Below are positions 20,101-32,923 of a DNA stretch of 36,927 nt, piece after piece. Each line of letters starts with the position of its first letter. Within the stretch, counting starts at the first letter, position 1. Both the position numbers and the translations under genes were made by a program. The notes below the pieces were generated by a model. That model worked only from the letters and a program-made list of their open reading frames with translations, was not told the origin of the DNA and searched no databases. The DNA comes from Vicugna vicugna. Taxonomy: Eukaryota. The stretch is taken from contig MU058557.1 in the NCBI GenBank assembly GCA_013265495.1, positions 436,001 through 472,927 of the forward strand, read 5' to 3'.

Positions 20101-23100
20101 GGTGTGGCAAGAGCCATCTGGGCCCCTGCCCCCACTTCAGGGGCAAACAGCCCAGATCTCCCTAGCTTGGTCCTTTGCCTGGGCGAGGGCAGCAGGAGGC
20201 AGACCCTGTGCTTAGGGCTATGTGAAGGGGGTTGTCTGCCCACCCATCTGTCCACTTGTCCATCCCAGGGGCCATGGGTCTTGGGAGTTCACAAGCTGGG
20301 GAGCAGGGGTTCACCATTGTTCATTCAGCAGCCAGGCACAGCTTTGGCCATCAGTGCAGCCTTGGTGTACAGGGAAATCAGGGAGGGCTTCCTGGAGGAA
20401 GGACAGCCTAGTGGGGAGACCAGTGCGAGCAAGAGATCTGGAGGGAATGTTGACTAGGGAACAGCGGGTAGCTTCACAGGGCGGGTCCCCCACCCCCGGG
20501 AAGGGGTGGGGCCCAGCAGGGAGGAGGAGGGGGCGATGGAGGTGCTGAGGACTGAGAGTGGGGAGGGTGTGAACAGGGAGCCTTAGCGAGACGCACGGTG
20601 AGAGCTGGCCACACTCCCTTGAACCGCCTCCCTCATCGCTCAATTCTAAGGGCATTCTGGTCACCCTGGGAGCCTTCAGACCACCTCCACCACGCCTACC
20701 TCTTCCTCCAGGTTTCCCTTTGTTTTTCTTTTTTTGGAGGCACAGGCAGCGGGGAGCTAAATGTCCACCTCACCGGGATAAATATTTCATAATCGGAAGC
20801 ATTTTCTCAAATGGAAAGATGGAGCTAGGCCCAGGAGGCCTGAGGGGCTGAGGCGAGGTGGGAGGTGGTGCCCTGCTGCGCCCACAGGTTTTCTGGTTCC
20901 TGCCCTCCCGGGAGCCACAGGAGGCCCCGCTGACCCAGTGTGCCCGTGCCGGGTGCGGGTGAGGGGCAGCGTTGGGCCCCCTCCCTGGAGAGCTGTTTGG
21001 GAGGGCCTCGGGCAGGCACGTCTCCCTGGTGCCCAGGCGTGATGATGGAACAGCAGGCAGAGCTGCCAGCAGAGGCAGGCTGCCCACTCCTTAGGCTGGG
21101 TGAACCGCCGGGAGTCCTGGGAAGGGTCTGAGCCGTGCTCCCGCCTGGACACAGCCCCAGAGGCGGGTGTCCGTGGCCGGGGCGAGGCTCACAAAGGAGT
21201 GCACCAGGGACAGGACGCCTCCCTGTCAGAGCAGTGGGCTGGTGGGCTCCCTCAGCCCCAGTGTCTGCTGGAGGGGCTGCCCAGGCGCGGGTATCTGGGT
21301 GGGCAGGAGGCCCTGGACATTAGGGCCCACTGGGCCAGGTCAAGGCTCCTTTGTCTGGGCTCAAGCCCCCAGGGTGGGAGTCTGTGGGCCGCCTGCACTG
21401 GGCCCGGGGCCCTCTGCCCCACCGCACCCACCCGACCCTGGCCAATGCCCTTGTTTAAGAACTGCCAGACACACTGGACCCCTCCAGGGCTGGAGGAGGA
21501 TGACCTCTCAAGGGGCACCTGGCAGGGGGACCCCTCCTGGTGGCTCCCTTCCAAGCAGGCCTTGCTCCTGGGTGGCACCAGCACCCACGGGCTCCCCCAT
21601 GACACATTCCCTGAGAATGCCACGCTTTCCCTGGCCTCCTTGCCAGCTAGTTCACTTTCAGCTGCCCCTGGCCCCTAACTATGGTGACTCTGAAGAGGAG
21701 CCTGCGGTCCAAGTGGCACTGAGCTACAACTGTCTGTGTAGCAGGGCTTGGTGGGCATGATCCAGGACAGCCCACCTGTGTGGCAGCTCAGCAGACACCC
21801 TGCCCGCTTCCTCTTTAGCTGGCCCAGTACCTGCCTGGCCACCTGGAGCCAGGGATCCGGTGGGGGGGGGGTCCCTGGGAGCTGAAACAAGTGGGCAGAG
21901 CCTCACCTAGAACCCTTATCTGCTGGGGAGCCAGGTACACCCTTCTGGGACTGGATGCCAGCCCAGGGGCAGGGTGAGGGATGGGCCTCTGACTCTTGCC
22001 ACTACTAGGTCACAGTGGTCCGACCCAGAGCCCTGTGCCTCCAGCTGACTCCTTCCTGTCCCACCCAGCCCCCCGGCCAGCACTGTCCACACCATCCTGC
22101 CAGCACCCACCTCCCTTCACCCCAGAGCCACACACACACAGCACCACCAAGGGTCTGGGGGCAAAGTCTGGGGTCCGAGACAGGAGGCTGCTCGGGACAG
22201 AGCAGGGGCATGTGCACGTGTTAGGAGTCTGGAGAGGGCCTAGCACGGGTAGGGGTGTGCAGAGCATAGGGTTTTGGGGAGGAGTGTGGCTGCAGGGGGG
22301 CCTGCCTGCAGGCCACACACCAGTTGTAGGGGATGGTCTGGCCGTGCACTTCCCTCTGGCTGCCTGGGTGGGCGCCTGTCACTATGGTCCAGAGCCCAGT
22401 GCAGGGCAGCAGGGGAGGCGATGGGGTTCAGGAGGATGGGGGAGTTTGGTTTGGAGCACCCAGGCTCAGGAGAGAAGGAGGTGGGGTGACCCTGCTCTGT
22501 GCCAGCACCCGCCCCCTCCCTCCAGCGGAGTCAACAGCCTGCCCTGCCCCGGGGCAGTGCCGGTCTGGTGGGGTGTCAGGCCATAAACAAAGAGTTCCCA
22601 GGTGAGAACCAGAACTGTCTGGGCCGTGGGAGTAGGCCTGGCCTGCTTTCCTGCCTCACTGTAAACAGAGCAGAGCTGTTTGTGACTGTTAGGGTTTTGG
22701 TGAGGGGAGGCAGGGAGGGGCCTGGGTGCGGTCCCTCCTTCAAGCACTGGTGACCCGTCCCAGGGCCTCTCGCCCTGTCTTCCCACCAGCGCTCTCTGCC
22801 TCCAGCCAGTGGGGGCCTCCCCTTGCTGTCCCCCCACCGCAGGCCACTCCTGGCTTCTGGTGTCGCGCTGTGGGGCCCGGCCCCCCATGGCTTCTTTTGG
22901 TGCCCGCTACCCTCAGCTGCCCAAGGAGCCCCAGCTCTGCGTGCAGCCACCGTCACTGGCCCTGACCTGGTTTGGCTGGCAGGGGTATGAGTGTGGGTGT
23001 AGGCTGACCCTCCCCCGGGGCTGGGCCTGACCCCTCACTGCCCTTGAGCCCCAGGCCAGACACCTCCGCTGTGCCAGCCTGCTCCGAACTGCTGATGGAC

Positions 23101-24699
23101 TGCAGGTGCCCACAGCCAGCTGGGACCCACCCCACAGGGCACTGGGCTGGGCAGCCCTGGGAGCCAGCAGATCTGCAGATAGTGCCACCTGCTGTCCTGC
23201 CCAGGCATGCTGGGACACCTGGAGCTGGGAGAGGCCCGCGAGCCATCCTCAACCCCCTCGGGGGTTCCTGGGACAGAGCTTTGGAGTCCAGGGGACAGGA
23301 GGAGGTGACAGGAGGTGCCAGGGCCAGGCAGTTGGGCTCTGGGAGTGAGCAAGTTGGGGGTCCTCAGCATGTGTTCCTCAGCCACCAGTTACATCCAAAC
23401 AACTGGGGAGGGGAGTTGTTAAAAAGGCTGGTTCCAGGGCCCCACTACACCCAGCTCCCCAGATGTTGGGAACTTCGAGGGGTGGGTTTCTGCTGAGAGG
23501 GCCAGAGGTGGCAGCGTCAGGCTGCCCTCGGGGAGCGTGGGCAGGCAGGGGTGGGGGCAAGGCCGCCGTCCCCAGGCTCACTGGCCCTGGCTACGGGGGG
23601 GGGCTTGGCCTGGCCTTTGCAGCCTTGTCCGTGGCAGAGGGCTTGGTGGAGCCTGAGGGGCCGTGTGTAACGCTGAGGTCCCAGAGGGAGCAGGGTCCAT
23701 GCCAGGCCTTGGCCTCTCCTGGGAGGATCTCCGTTCACCTCCCCTTCCCTTCCCTGCTCCTACCCAGCCCAGCCAGCCCCCTGCCTCTGCCCCAGCACCT
23801 ACAGGGAAACTGAGGCGCAGGGTCTGTGCCCAGTCTGCTGGACAGTCCTGTGTGCCTTCCAAGTCTGTCCACCTGTCTGTCCACACAGCAGGACTGGACT
23901 GGACTGAACCCGACCAGGCGGGGAGGGTGGTAGTGACTCACACCCCTGTGCTGGGCAGGCATTTCCTCCCCCAGTCAGCTGCCTGGCTTTTGGGGCACGG
24001 AGGGGGCGGGGGGGTCCCCAGATCCTGAAGCTGGAGAGGCAGAGCCTGGCCCAGCTGGAGGGGCCTGTCAGGGGCCCGCCCATGCCTACTCCCTCTGGTG
24101 GGGCGAGGGGGGCTTGCCCAGGGAGCAGAGGGAGGGGCTGCGGAGGGGAGGAGTCCGGGAGGACAGCCAGAGGGAGCTGGGAGACTGAAAGCTTCACTTC
24201 TGGGCAAGTTGGGAGGACGTCGGCCTCGGTAAGCAAGCGGCTGCCCCGTCCCCTGTCCCTGCCCTGCCCCCGGTCTCCTGCCCCCTTTCTGGGGGCAGCC
24301 CTGGGGCAGCTGACCACCTCACCGCCCAGCAGGCCTAGGGGGTTGGGTAGGGGCCCAGAGGTGGGGCGTGGCAGAGCTGGGCCAGGCATCTCCCTGACCC
24401 TGCCTGGCCCCAGCTGATGCTGGAGGGCAGGCTCGTCAGGTCCTGGTAGCCAACGGCGACAGGACGGCCATTTCAATCCCAAGACAGGCAGATCCCCAAG
24501 GCAGATGATGGCTGCTGTCCTAGTTGGGTGCCCTGGGGACCCTGGGAGGCTGTGGGGGCCGCCCTGTCACGGAGCCACACTGTGTTGGGAGTCTGGGCGC
24601 TGGCCTTTCAGCCCAGAGAGAAACAAGCTCAGGCCCACTATCCTGCTGCGGTGGACAGGAGCATGGGGACTGGGCCCTTTGGGGTTGGGGGGCTGACGT

Positions 24700-24910
24700 G
24701 CCTGCCTGTGCCTCAGTTTCTCCACATGCAGAAGGAGAAGTGCTTGGCCCTCCTGGGGACCCTCCCAGCCCCTGAGACCCCGCTGCACCCCCAGGCTGGG
24801 AGGGACTCGTACCTTCCAGATCTGTGAGCTCCTTCCCTGCCTCCACCCACCTGCTCCCTGCACTAGCATTTAGTATGCACCTACTGTGTGCCAGGCTCTG
24901 AGTATTTGTG
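24700..24910 (-). mobile_element. MIR / L2 fragments
   Basis: ctgtgcctcagtttctccacatgcagaa (MIR core, antisense) and gcacctactgtgtgccaggc (L2/MIR terminus, antisense). Confidence 0.45.
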
Positions 24911-26949
24911 AGCAAAATGTTCCAGGCACCAGGGACCAGGGACTAGGGACCAGGCAGTGGCCAAAAATGATGGCGGCTGGCCAAGCTGGTTTGGGAGACT
25001 GGAGGAAACTGCCCGTGAAAAGGCCAGGGGATGGGGGAGAGCCTGGTCCGAAACACAGTCCTGAAGCTCTGGGGCCCAGGCAGCAATGGTGCAGGCTGGG
25101 AGTCTGCAGATGTTGGCGGGCCAGGAAGACTAACGGGCAGCCCCAGGGATCTACAGAGGGGTGTTTTGGGAGACAGTGTTGTGGAAACCTCCTGGTTATA
25201 GCTGGGGCTGCAGTGAGGGTGAGGGGTCCAGGCAGACCGAGGCTGGGTCCCCCGCCTTCCTGGAGCCTGGGAGGCAGCACAGGAGCCCAGGCTGCACCCC
25301 GAGCAGCAGTTATGTTGAGAAATACCAGGGAGGAGAGGGCAGGCCCTCAGCTGCCTGCGGGTGCTGCTGCAGAAAGTCTGAAGGTCTCATGACCAGTCAG
25401 CCGAGTTTGGCACTTTTCACATGAGGTTCCAGGATAGGGTGAGGCCAAGCATCCCGTGTGCTCTTGTGGGCACTGGGCTCCCCTGAGGAGTGAGCCTGCC
25501 TCCAGCGCTCCCACCCCGCGGCTCCTGGGCTGGCTTTGCACCGGAGCTCCAGGGAGGGTCCCAGGCCCAGACACGTGTGTCCACACACACCCGCAGCACA
25601 AGCGTGAAGACCCCATGAGCACATACCCTTGTGCTCGTACACACACGTGCACACAAGAGTGGACGCTCAGGCCACCATCTAGGGCCAGCCCCTTTGTTTG
25701 CAGCTCCCCTCCCTCCCTGCCTGTCTCAGGGTTCCCCAGTCCCACCACGGCCCTCATGACTTACAGACCTGAAGGCTGGAGCTGGGCCCCAGGGGCAGCC
25801 AGTTTGGAAGCCAACTTGGGTTCTAAGCAAAATTGCCACACCCTGAGCGGCCCTTCTCTGGGCCCCCTATGAACTCCCGCTTGGCTAGGGGCTGGCGGGA
25901 GAGTCCCTAGCTCAGTTGGGGGCCCAGTGGGCAAGGGGAGTGTGGGGAAGTCATCCAGCCAAACACCCCCCTTTCGGCGTCCCCTCCAGCAGATCCCCCA
26001 GCCAGCACCACACCACTCCTCTGCTCTGCCCCCTCCCCCGACCACTTCCTGGAGGCCCCTCAGAGTATTACAATTCCTGGGCGTGAAGCTTCTCTGCTGA
26101 CGTGGTGCCCACCCTCCGACTCACCCGAAGTCCCGCAGACCCTCTTCCCCAGAGTGTGAGGCAGGACCGGGCCTCTCCCCTCTAACAGTTTGCACTGGCA
26201 GGGGTGGGATGTTATAGTGGCGTCTGAGGCCATGGAAGGGCCAGAGTGAGGGGCTGGATGGCCTTGCAGCCCAGCCAGAGTTAGAGAGGAAGGGGATGGG
26301 CCTCTGAGGACCTGCTGGGCATGTCTCATCATGTCACCCTCACACCCTCCTCTGGAGGTGGGGCTTGGGTAACCTTATTGTTACGTCCCTATGCAAGGTG
26401 GCGGCTGGTTCTGGGCTGTCTACTGAGCCATCTGCAGGGCCAAGGCCAGGTCAGGCAGGCTGACTGGACACTTCTGGTGCACTCAGGACAGAGGGACTGG
26501 CAGGACAGTGCTCTGGGGTGCCTCTCCCACCCTCCCCAGTGGTGCAGGTCCCAGGCCACAGGGCTGCTGGCAGCCTTGCCCCGTGGCAGGCAGGATTTCC
26601 TCCTTTCTGTTTGGGCCAGGCTCTGTCCAGCCTGGGGTTCTGTCTTAAGGGGTGCAGAGGGACCCAAAGCTTAAAACCACAGCCCAGCAACTTTCCAGCA
26701 GTCTGAACTTGGGCTGGGCTGGGCCTGCCCCTCCCTTCCCGAGCTCCACTTTTTGTTCCTACCGTGGGTGTAGGGCTCTTGCACACCACGGGGTGGTGGT
26801 GAGGTTGGGGCTGGGCCGAGTCGGGGCCCAGCCAGCAGAAAGGGCTCGTGGGCCAGGTGGAGCCCTGCCGGCTGAGCCCCACCCCTACTCCGGGTTCCCC
26901 GCCAGGGTGTGCCCTCGCCACCCAGCTTTTCACACCTTTCCCCACCCCT

Positions 26950-27900
26950 GCCCTGCACGCCCCCTGGACTCCCCTGGAGCAGACTGGAGGGGGTGCAACT
27001 TGTCAGGGCCCGGGGTCCCTGCTCCACTACGGGGCCTCCCACCGCGGCGCCCCCAGCACACAGCGCCCAGCCCGAGGCCCTGCTCGCTGGCCGGGCCGCA
27101 CTCCCCGCCTGGGGTCCCACCTCCGGCAGCTGCGGCCCAGAGCCTGTTCTGGGTCTGCGCGGACCGCCGCCCTGCGCCCCCGTGCAGAGGGCGGTCACCA
27201 GCCCGGGTTCTGCCGTCGGACTCAGATAAGCCTGTGGAGGCTGGGGGTTGGGGACGGTAGGAGGGGGCGGGCTGGGTTTCTGAGCGGGTCCGCAGACCTC
27301 TCCGCCCACTCCGCCGGGGCCAGGCCCCACCCCCAGGCCCGCAGGGACCCTCCGACGCCCCGCACCCGGGCGCGGGGGGGCGGGGCGAGGGCGGGGCGGA
27401 CCAGCCCCGGCCCCACCCCGAGGGCGGAGCCTCCGTGGGCAATGGCTCTCCCTCTCGCGGCCTATTTCCTCCTTACCCACCTGCACCCGCTTTGGGGATG
27501 GGGATGAGGGTCTGGGCAGAACTGGAAGGGACACTGAGGCCGGAGAGAGTGAGGTCAGCCCTTGCCCTTGACTCCGGCTCAGGGCGACAGGCTCTGGTCT
27601 CCACCACTGCCTCTGGCGAGGCCCAGGATCCGTCAGGGCCCTGCTCCCCGCTCCTCTCCTCGCTGCCTTCCCCCGCCCCCGGAGTGGCCCTCCGACAGCT
27701 GTGGGTTGATCAAGGCTCAGAGAAGGGACAGGCTTACTCAGGGTCACACAGCAAATTGACCAGAAAGTAGCAGCGAACCCGCACTCGGGCCAGGACTCGG
27801 CTTCCCCAGGCTGTTCCGCGGGGACGGGGACGGGGTCCCGGGTTCCCAGGCCGGGTGTCCTCCCCACCCCCTAGCCGTGGGACAGGGATTCCCTCCCTTC
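26950..27900. promoter_or_regulatory. Intronic CpG island in AHNAK2 intron 1 (candidate alternative promoter)
   Basis: CpG density rises sharply above the flanking intron; clustered GC boxes at ~27263-27271, 27377-27398 and 27422-27429. Confidence 0.65.
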
Positions 27901-28370
27901 CGCTTCAAGCCCTGCTGGCTGGGGTGGATGGGAGCTTGGGGATTGGGAGTGGACACGCGTGTCCCTTTGTCACTAACAGTGCGGTCCCAGCCAGGGAGGA
28001 GGAGGCTGAGCGCAGAGCCATAGCTGGTGTGAAATCCGTGGGCTGCTTCTCAAGCAAATACTTAGTGCAGTCAGGGGCGTTGGCCTGAAGTTCTGCGCAG
28101 CGGCTTGATAACTGAATCATTACAGAACGGTTTAGAGCCTCTGTTTCTCTTTGGGCGATGCTGGTAGCACGAGTTTCTCTAGGAATACGTCCAGTTCCTC
28201 TATGTTTGCAGATTTATTGGCATCAAGTTTATAATTTCCTCATTTCAATTTTCTGTCAAACTTTTAAAAATTGTGAAAAGGTACAAGTCATACATATGCA
28301 GCTTGAGGCATGTGCCCGAAGTGGACGGGCCTGACCACAGCCTGTGTAGTGGAGTTCTGTTTGGGCTCTT

Positions 28371-28508
28371 TGTTTTTCCTTTGTTTGTTTTGGGGGGAAG
28401 TAACTAGGTTTCTTTAATTATCATTATCATTGTTATTTTTATATGAAAGGACTGGGGATTGAGCCCGTGCATGCTAAGCACACGCTCTACCACTTGAGCT
28501 ATACCCCC
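28371..28508 (-). mobile_element. tRNA-derived SINE (camelid Vic-1-like), second copy
   Basis: Minus strand GGGGGTATAGCTCAAGTGGTAGAGCGTGTGCTTAGCATGCACG (A box), degenerate B box with a deletion, and a ggggggaagtaactaggttt segment like the 661-798 copy. Confidence 0.8.
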
Positions 28509-30595
28509 TGACTCTTCTTTTGTCTAGCTTATTTCAGTGTTAAGTTCGGGGAACTCTTCCCCGTTGCCGCATTCGTTTCCCTTGCTGTGTAACAGACAGA
28601 CTCCCAGTTTTTTTTTTAACTTTTGTTTTCATTCTGTTGATGGACATTTGAGCCTTTCTGGCTTCTGGGCACCACGGTAGTGCTGCACCCATCCTCTGGG
28701 GAACGGATGCCTGCGTGTCTGTTGGGCACACACCTGAGAGTGGAGCCGCGGATCCTTCGGGCAGGATGTTTTAGACCCTAGTAGATGCTGCCAGGCTGTT
28801 TTCCAAAGTGCCAGCTCATCCACAGGGTGGGGACGCTCCTTGACATCGCTGGGTGTTTTGTCAGCCTTCTCCTGGGAGTGAAGTGGCAGCTGCCTGTTGT
28901 TTTAATTGGCATTGCCCTGATGGCTAAGGATGCACTTTCCATATGTTAATTGACCAGTCGGCCATCTTTTCTGAATTGCCTTTCCAGTGTTTTCTTACCC
29001 ATCTTTCTGATGGGCCATCTGTCTTTTTCTTTCCATTTGCAAGACCTTTTTATGGGTAGGAGGCCTTTGTTTGGTGAATGGATTGCAGATCTCTGGCTTG
29101 TCCCTGGCTTGACTTTTCACTCCCTCAGTGGTGTCTTTTGATGAACAGAAGGTCCTCATTTTAAAGTCTACCAGTTTCTCAGGTGACTCCCTTTCGAGCC
29201 AGAGCTTTCTGTGTCGTGGTTAAGAACTGTTTCCCTACCTGCCAAGTCATTTCTGTTTATCTGCTGGGAGCTGTCCTGCTAAACCTTCAACTTCGGGTCT
29301 ATAGCCCCATGAATTAATGCTTCCTGGGGCTGACACAGGAGTTGGGATGAATGTCTTTCCATATGGTTGTCCTGTGGACCCAGCACTGCTTACTGGAAAG
29401 AACATACATCTCCCACAGCTCTGTATCTGTGTGAGTCTGCTTCTGGGACTTTTGTTTTGTTCAGTTGGTTTTAATTTGCATTTCCCTAATGACTAAAGAT
29501 GTTGGCTGTCTTTTCTTGTGCTCATTGGTATGTCTTCTTTTGTGAAGTGTCTGTTTACATCTTTTGTCTATTTTTAATTGAGATGAGCCTTTTTGGCCTC
29601 TTTCTACTGATTTGGAGAAGTTCTTCTGGATGGAAGTTCTTTGTCAGATGCAATGAATTGCCTTTTTGTTTCCTTAAGAGTGTCTTTCAAGACCAGAAGT
29701 ATTGAATTATGATGAAATATAATTTATCAAATTTTCCTTTATAATTCAAACTTTTTGTTTGAAGAAAGAAACAAAGAAGAAAACATTGCCTCCCCCAAGA
29801 GGGCAAACAATTTCTCCTATGTTTTCTTCTAGAAGTTTTATAGTTTTACATTTAGCTCTATGATTCATTTTGAGTTAATTTTTACATGTAATATGAAGTA
29901 AGGGTCCATTTTTTTCTCCAAGTAAATATCCAGTTGCCCCAGCACCATTGTTGAAAAGACTCATTTTTCTGCTGAAACAACTTGGCTGGTTTGTCAAAAA
30001 TCAACTGAGCATACAAAGCGTGGGACTATTCTGGACTGTCTAGTCTGTTCCTTTGATATTTGTGTTTATGCCATACTGTCTTGATTCCATGGGGAGTCTG
30101 AGAAAATACTTAGTATGATTTAAATTATTTTAAATTTATTGAGACATTTACAATGAGCCAGCATGGGGTCTATCTTTGCGAATGTCCCAAGTGCGCTTGC
30201 AAGGGTTGTCCGGTGGGGTGCTCTCCAAGGGCCAGTGCCTCTGCTGTGACGTGTTTACAGATTTAGGCTTTTTATTTTTATTTTTGATGAATTGAGCCCT
30301 TTATTATTCTGAAATGTTGCGATTAGTTCTTGCAGTGTGTACTTCTTCTTCCCTTTCCTTTTGACCTGTCTGCACCTTTATGTTTGGAGCCCACTTCTCT
30401 TACATGGTATATAGTCAGCTCTTGCTTTTTTAACCTTGTCGGACAGCCTCTGCTTTTTGATCAGAATTTTAGGTCCCTTTATATTTAATGTATTGTCAGT
30501 ATGGCTGGCTTAAATTCTACCGTCTTGCAAATTGCTTTCTATTTTATGCCGTCCATTCTTTGTTCCTCTTTCCCTACCTTATTTTAGAATTAATC

Positions 30596-30660
30596 AAATA
30601 TATACACATGTATAATCACTTACTAATATATATTTTATATATACATATATAAAGCACATC
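30596..30660. repeat. TA-rich low-complexity tract
   Basis: atatatacacatgtata...atatatattttatatatacatatat. Confidence 0.6.
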
Positions 30661-30954
30661 TACATGTAATTTTTTTTAGTGTTCCATTTTACTTCTCCTG
30701 GTAGCGTATCAGCCGCACATCTTCTCTTAACGGTGGCTTTACGGCTTATGCTGTGTGTTCTTTACTCATCACAGTGCGCGTTCAGGCAGCACTGTGCCAC
30801 CTCACGCGCCACGTGAGAGCTTTACAGCAGGAGCTTTCAGTGCCCCAGCCCCGTCCTTTGAGCTGTAGTCATCCTGTGTTTTACTTCTACAGAGGTAAAA
30901 TTCTGCAGTTTATTATTTTTGCTTTATGCAGGGAATTACCTTTTTCCTTTCACA

Positions 30955-31150
30955 TCCTTGTTGAGGTATAATTTGCATACCAGAAAACTCGCCCACTGTG
31001 AATACATGATTCAGCCATTTTTAGTAACTTTATAGAGTTGTGCAGCCATCACCACAATCCAATGCTAGAACATTTCCATCACCCCAGATTCTCCTGAGCC
31101 TGTTTATAGCCAATGCCCGCTCCTACCCCTAGTCCCCAGCAATTACTTAA
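30955..31150 (-). mobile_element. L1MB-type 3' end
   Basis: ttgaggtataatttgcatac...atttttagtaactttatagagttgtgcagccatcaccacaatcca...agaacatttccatcacccca is the typical antisense L1MB 3' terminus. Confidence 0.7.
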
Positions 31151-31286
31151 TTCTGGTAAAATATAGAAACTGACCCACTATGTGCCCTTCCCCTTCCCCC
31201 TCCTTTTTGCTATTATTGCTGCATATATATGACATCTCTATATGTTGTAATCCCAACAATATGGCATTTGAATTCACACTTTATAT

Positions 31287-31504
31287 GAGGAGTTGACAGG
31301 CTGGGGCCTGTGCGCTAACTCCATCCTGCAGCTTGTTGTGTAAGGAAAGTTTTGCTGGAACACAGTTATGCTCATCCATTTGCGTATCATCATTTACAGC
31401 TCCTACTAGGCTACAACTACAGAGTTGCAGCGGAGATCACACGGCCTGCAAAGCCTGAGACGTTTGCTGTCTGGGCTTGTACAAAAAAAGTTTGCAAACT
31501 CCTG
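31287..31504 (+). mobile_element. MER58A-like hAT-Charlie non-autonomous DNA transposon
   Basis: Matches the recalled MER58A consensus (aaagttttgctggaacacag...ggcctgcaaagcctga...aaaaagtttgc..actcctg). Exact 8-bp target-site duplication CTTTATAT at 31279-31286 and 31505-31512. Confidence 0.88.
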
Positions 31505-32864
31505 CTTTATATAAGCTTGTGTTTTTTTTTTTTTTAAGTTAAGAGATGGAATGCAGAAAAAGGCCTATTTGTGGAGTCTTCTATGTCTCCCCACATGGAG
31601 GTTGCCTTCTGCCTTCTCCGTTTCTTCCTGTGGGCTTGGATTAGTGTCTGGGGTCCTTCTCCTCCTCCAGCATTTCCCGTAAGGCAGATCTGCCAGCAAT
31701 GGCTTCTCCTAATCTTTGTTCATTTGCGGGGGTCTTTATTTTTGAAGGATTGTTTGCTGGATATGGACTTCTTGGTTGACAGCATTTTTCTTCCAGCACT
31801 TTGAACGTGTGGTTGCACTGCCTCCTAGCGTCCATGGTGCCAGATGTTAGCTGCATTATTGTGCCATTGAATGTGGTGGGGCACTTCTCCCCTGCTACTT
31901 CCAAGTTTTTCTCTTTCCCTTACACTGTATGTGATGGTCTAGATCTGGTCCCTTTGTGTTTATCCTGTTGAGGTTTATTGGGCTTCTGAGATCTGTAGCT
32001 TGTTTCCGACATTATTTTTTCAAACGTTTTTTTCTACCCCCCCTTTCCTTCTGAGGCTTCAACTACACATACATTGGTGTTCTCACTGTTGTCCCACAGA
32101 TCTCTGAGGCTCTCTGTTCATTTTCCTTCAGTTGTTTTTCGTTTTTCTTCAAATTGATTAATTTTTATTAATCTGCAAGTTTTTCGCTTCCTTCCTTTGG
32201 CATCTCATTTCTGCTGTGTGGTCCCTCCAGTGAATTTTCAGCTCCAGAATTTCCACTTGGCTTTTTTCATCATTTCTATTTCTTTATGACATTGTCTCTT
32301 TGTTGAGCCAGTGTCATCATATTTTTCATTAATTCTTTAAACGTGATCTCCTTTATCTTTTTGAACAAACTTCTGATAGTCACTTTGAAGTCTGTGCCAA
32401 ATCCAACATCTGTGGACGTTAAAAGACAGTTCCCACTGCCTGCTTTGCTCCTCGTGATGGATCGTACTTTCTTGTTTCTTTGTATGTCATGTGATTTCCT
32501 GCTGAATGCTAGACATTACAGTTCATATCTTGTGGTAACTCTGGATTCTGATTCCACTTCAGGGCTGTGATTGTTGTTCCACTTGTGTGTTTGTTTAGTA
32601 ACTTCCTTTGACTCAATCTGTAAAGTCTGTGTACTTTGTCCGAGCTCCCCTGTCGTGGCTCACTGCCACCTGACCTGATGCCCTGATGCCCAGCAGCTGT
32701 GGATCCAGCCCCAACCCCTGTGGGTGCTCTCAGATCCAGTGTCCAGCGTTCCACCACCTCTGGGGCAAAGATCCTCTCCTGGGCATCCTACCCCCAGGGC
32801 CACCATCTGCCCCACCCACCTGTGAGCCTGCGAGGCTCCACTGACCCGCTGTCTCCCTTTGCAG

Positions 32865-32923
32865 TGTCTGGCCGGCAGCTGCAGCCTGAGGAGCCAGATG
32901 CAGAAACCGAGGAGGACCGCTCT
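32865..32923 (+). CDS. AHNAK2: AHNAK2 exon 2: (V)SGRQLQPEEPDAETEEDRS
   Basis: Acceptor ctccctttgcag, donor TCT|gtaagt, 59 nt, phase 1/0. Matches human SGRQLQPGEPGAETEDDHS. Confidence 0.93.

Larger units (their letters stand above)
28130..32640 (-). mobile_element. Cluster of nested old LINE-1 fragments (L1ME/L1MC/L1MB-like), antisense to AHNAK2
   Basis: About 4.5 kb AT/T-rich block with antisense L1 phrases (gttttaatttgcatttccctaatgactaa, ttctagaagttttatagtttta, ccagcaccattgttgaaaagact, gacagcattttttcttccagcactttga). Subfamily assignment not resolved. Confidence 0.8.

Noticed and set aside
26671..27867. 398-aa minus-strand ORF
   Set aside because: It lies across a CpG island, is Pro/Gly/Arg/Ala-rich, overlaps long ORFs in other frames and has no recognisable domain. 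This is expected stop-codon depletion in GC-rich DNA.
28440..28508. tRNA-like sequence (also at 730-798)
   Set aside because: These are A/B-box heads of a SINE with attached tails, and they do not form an intact cloverleaf.
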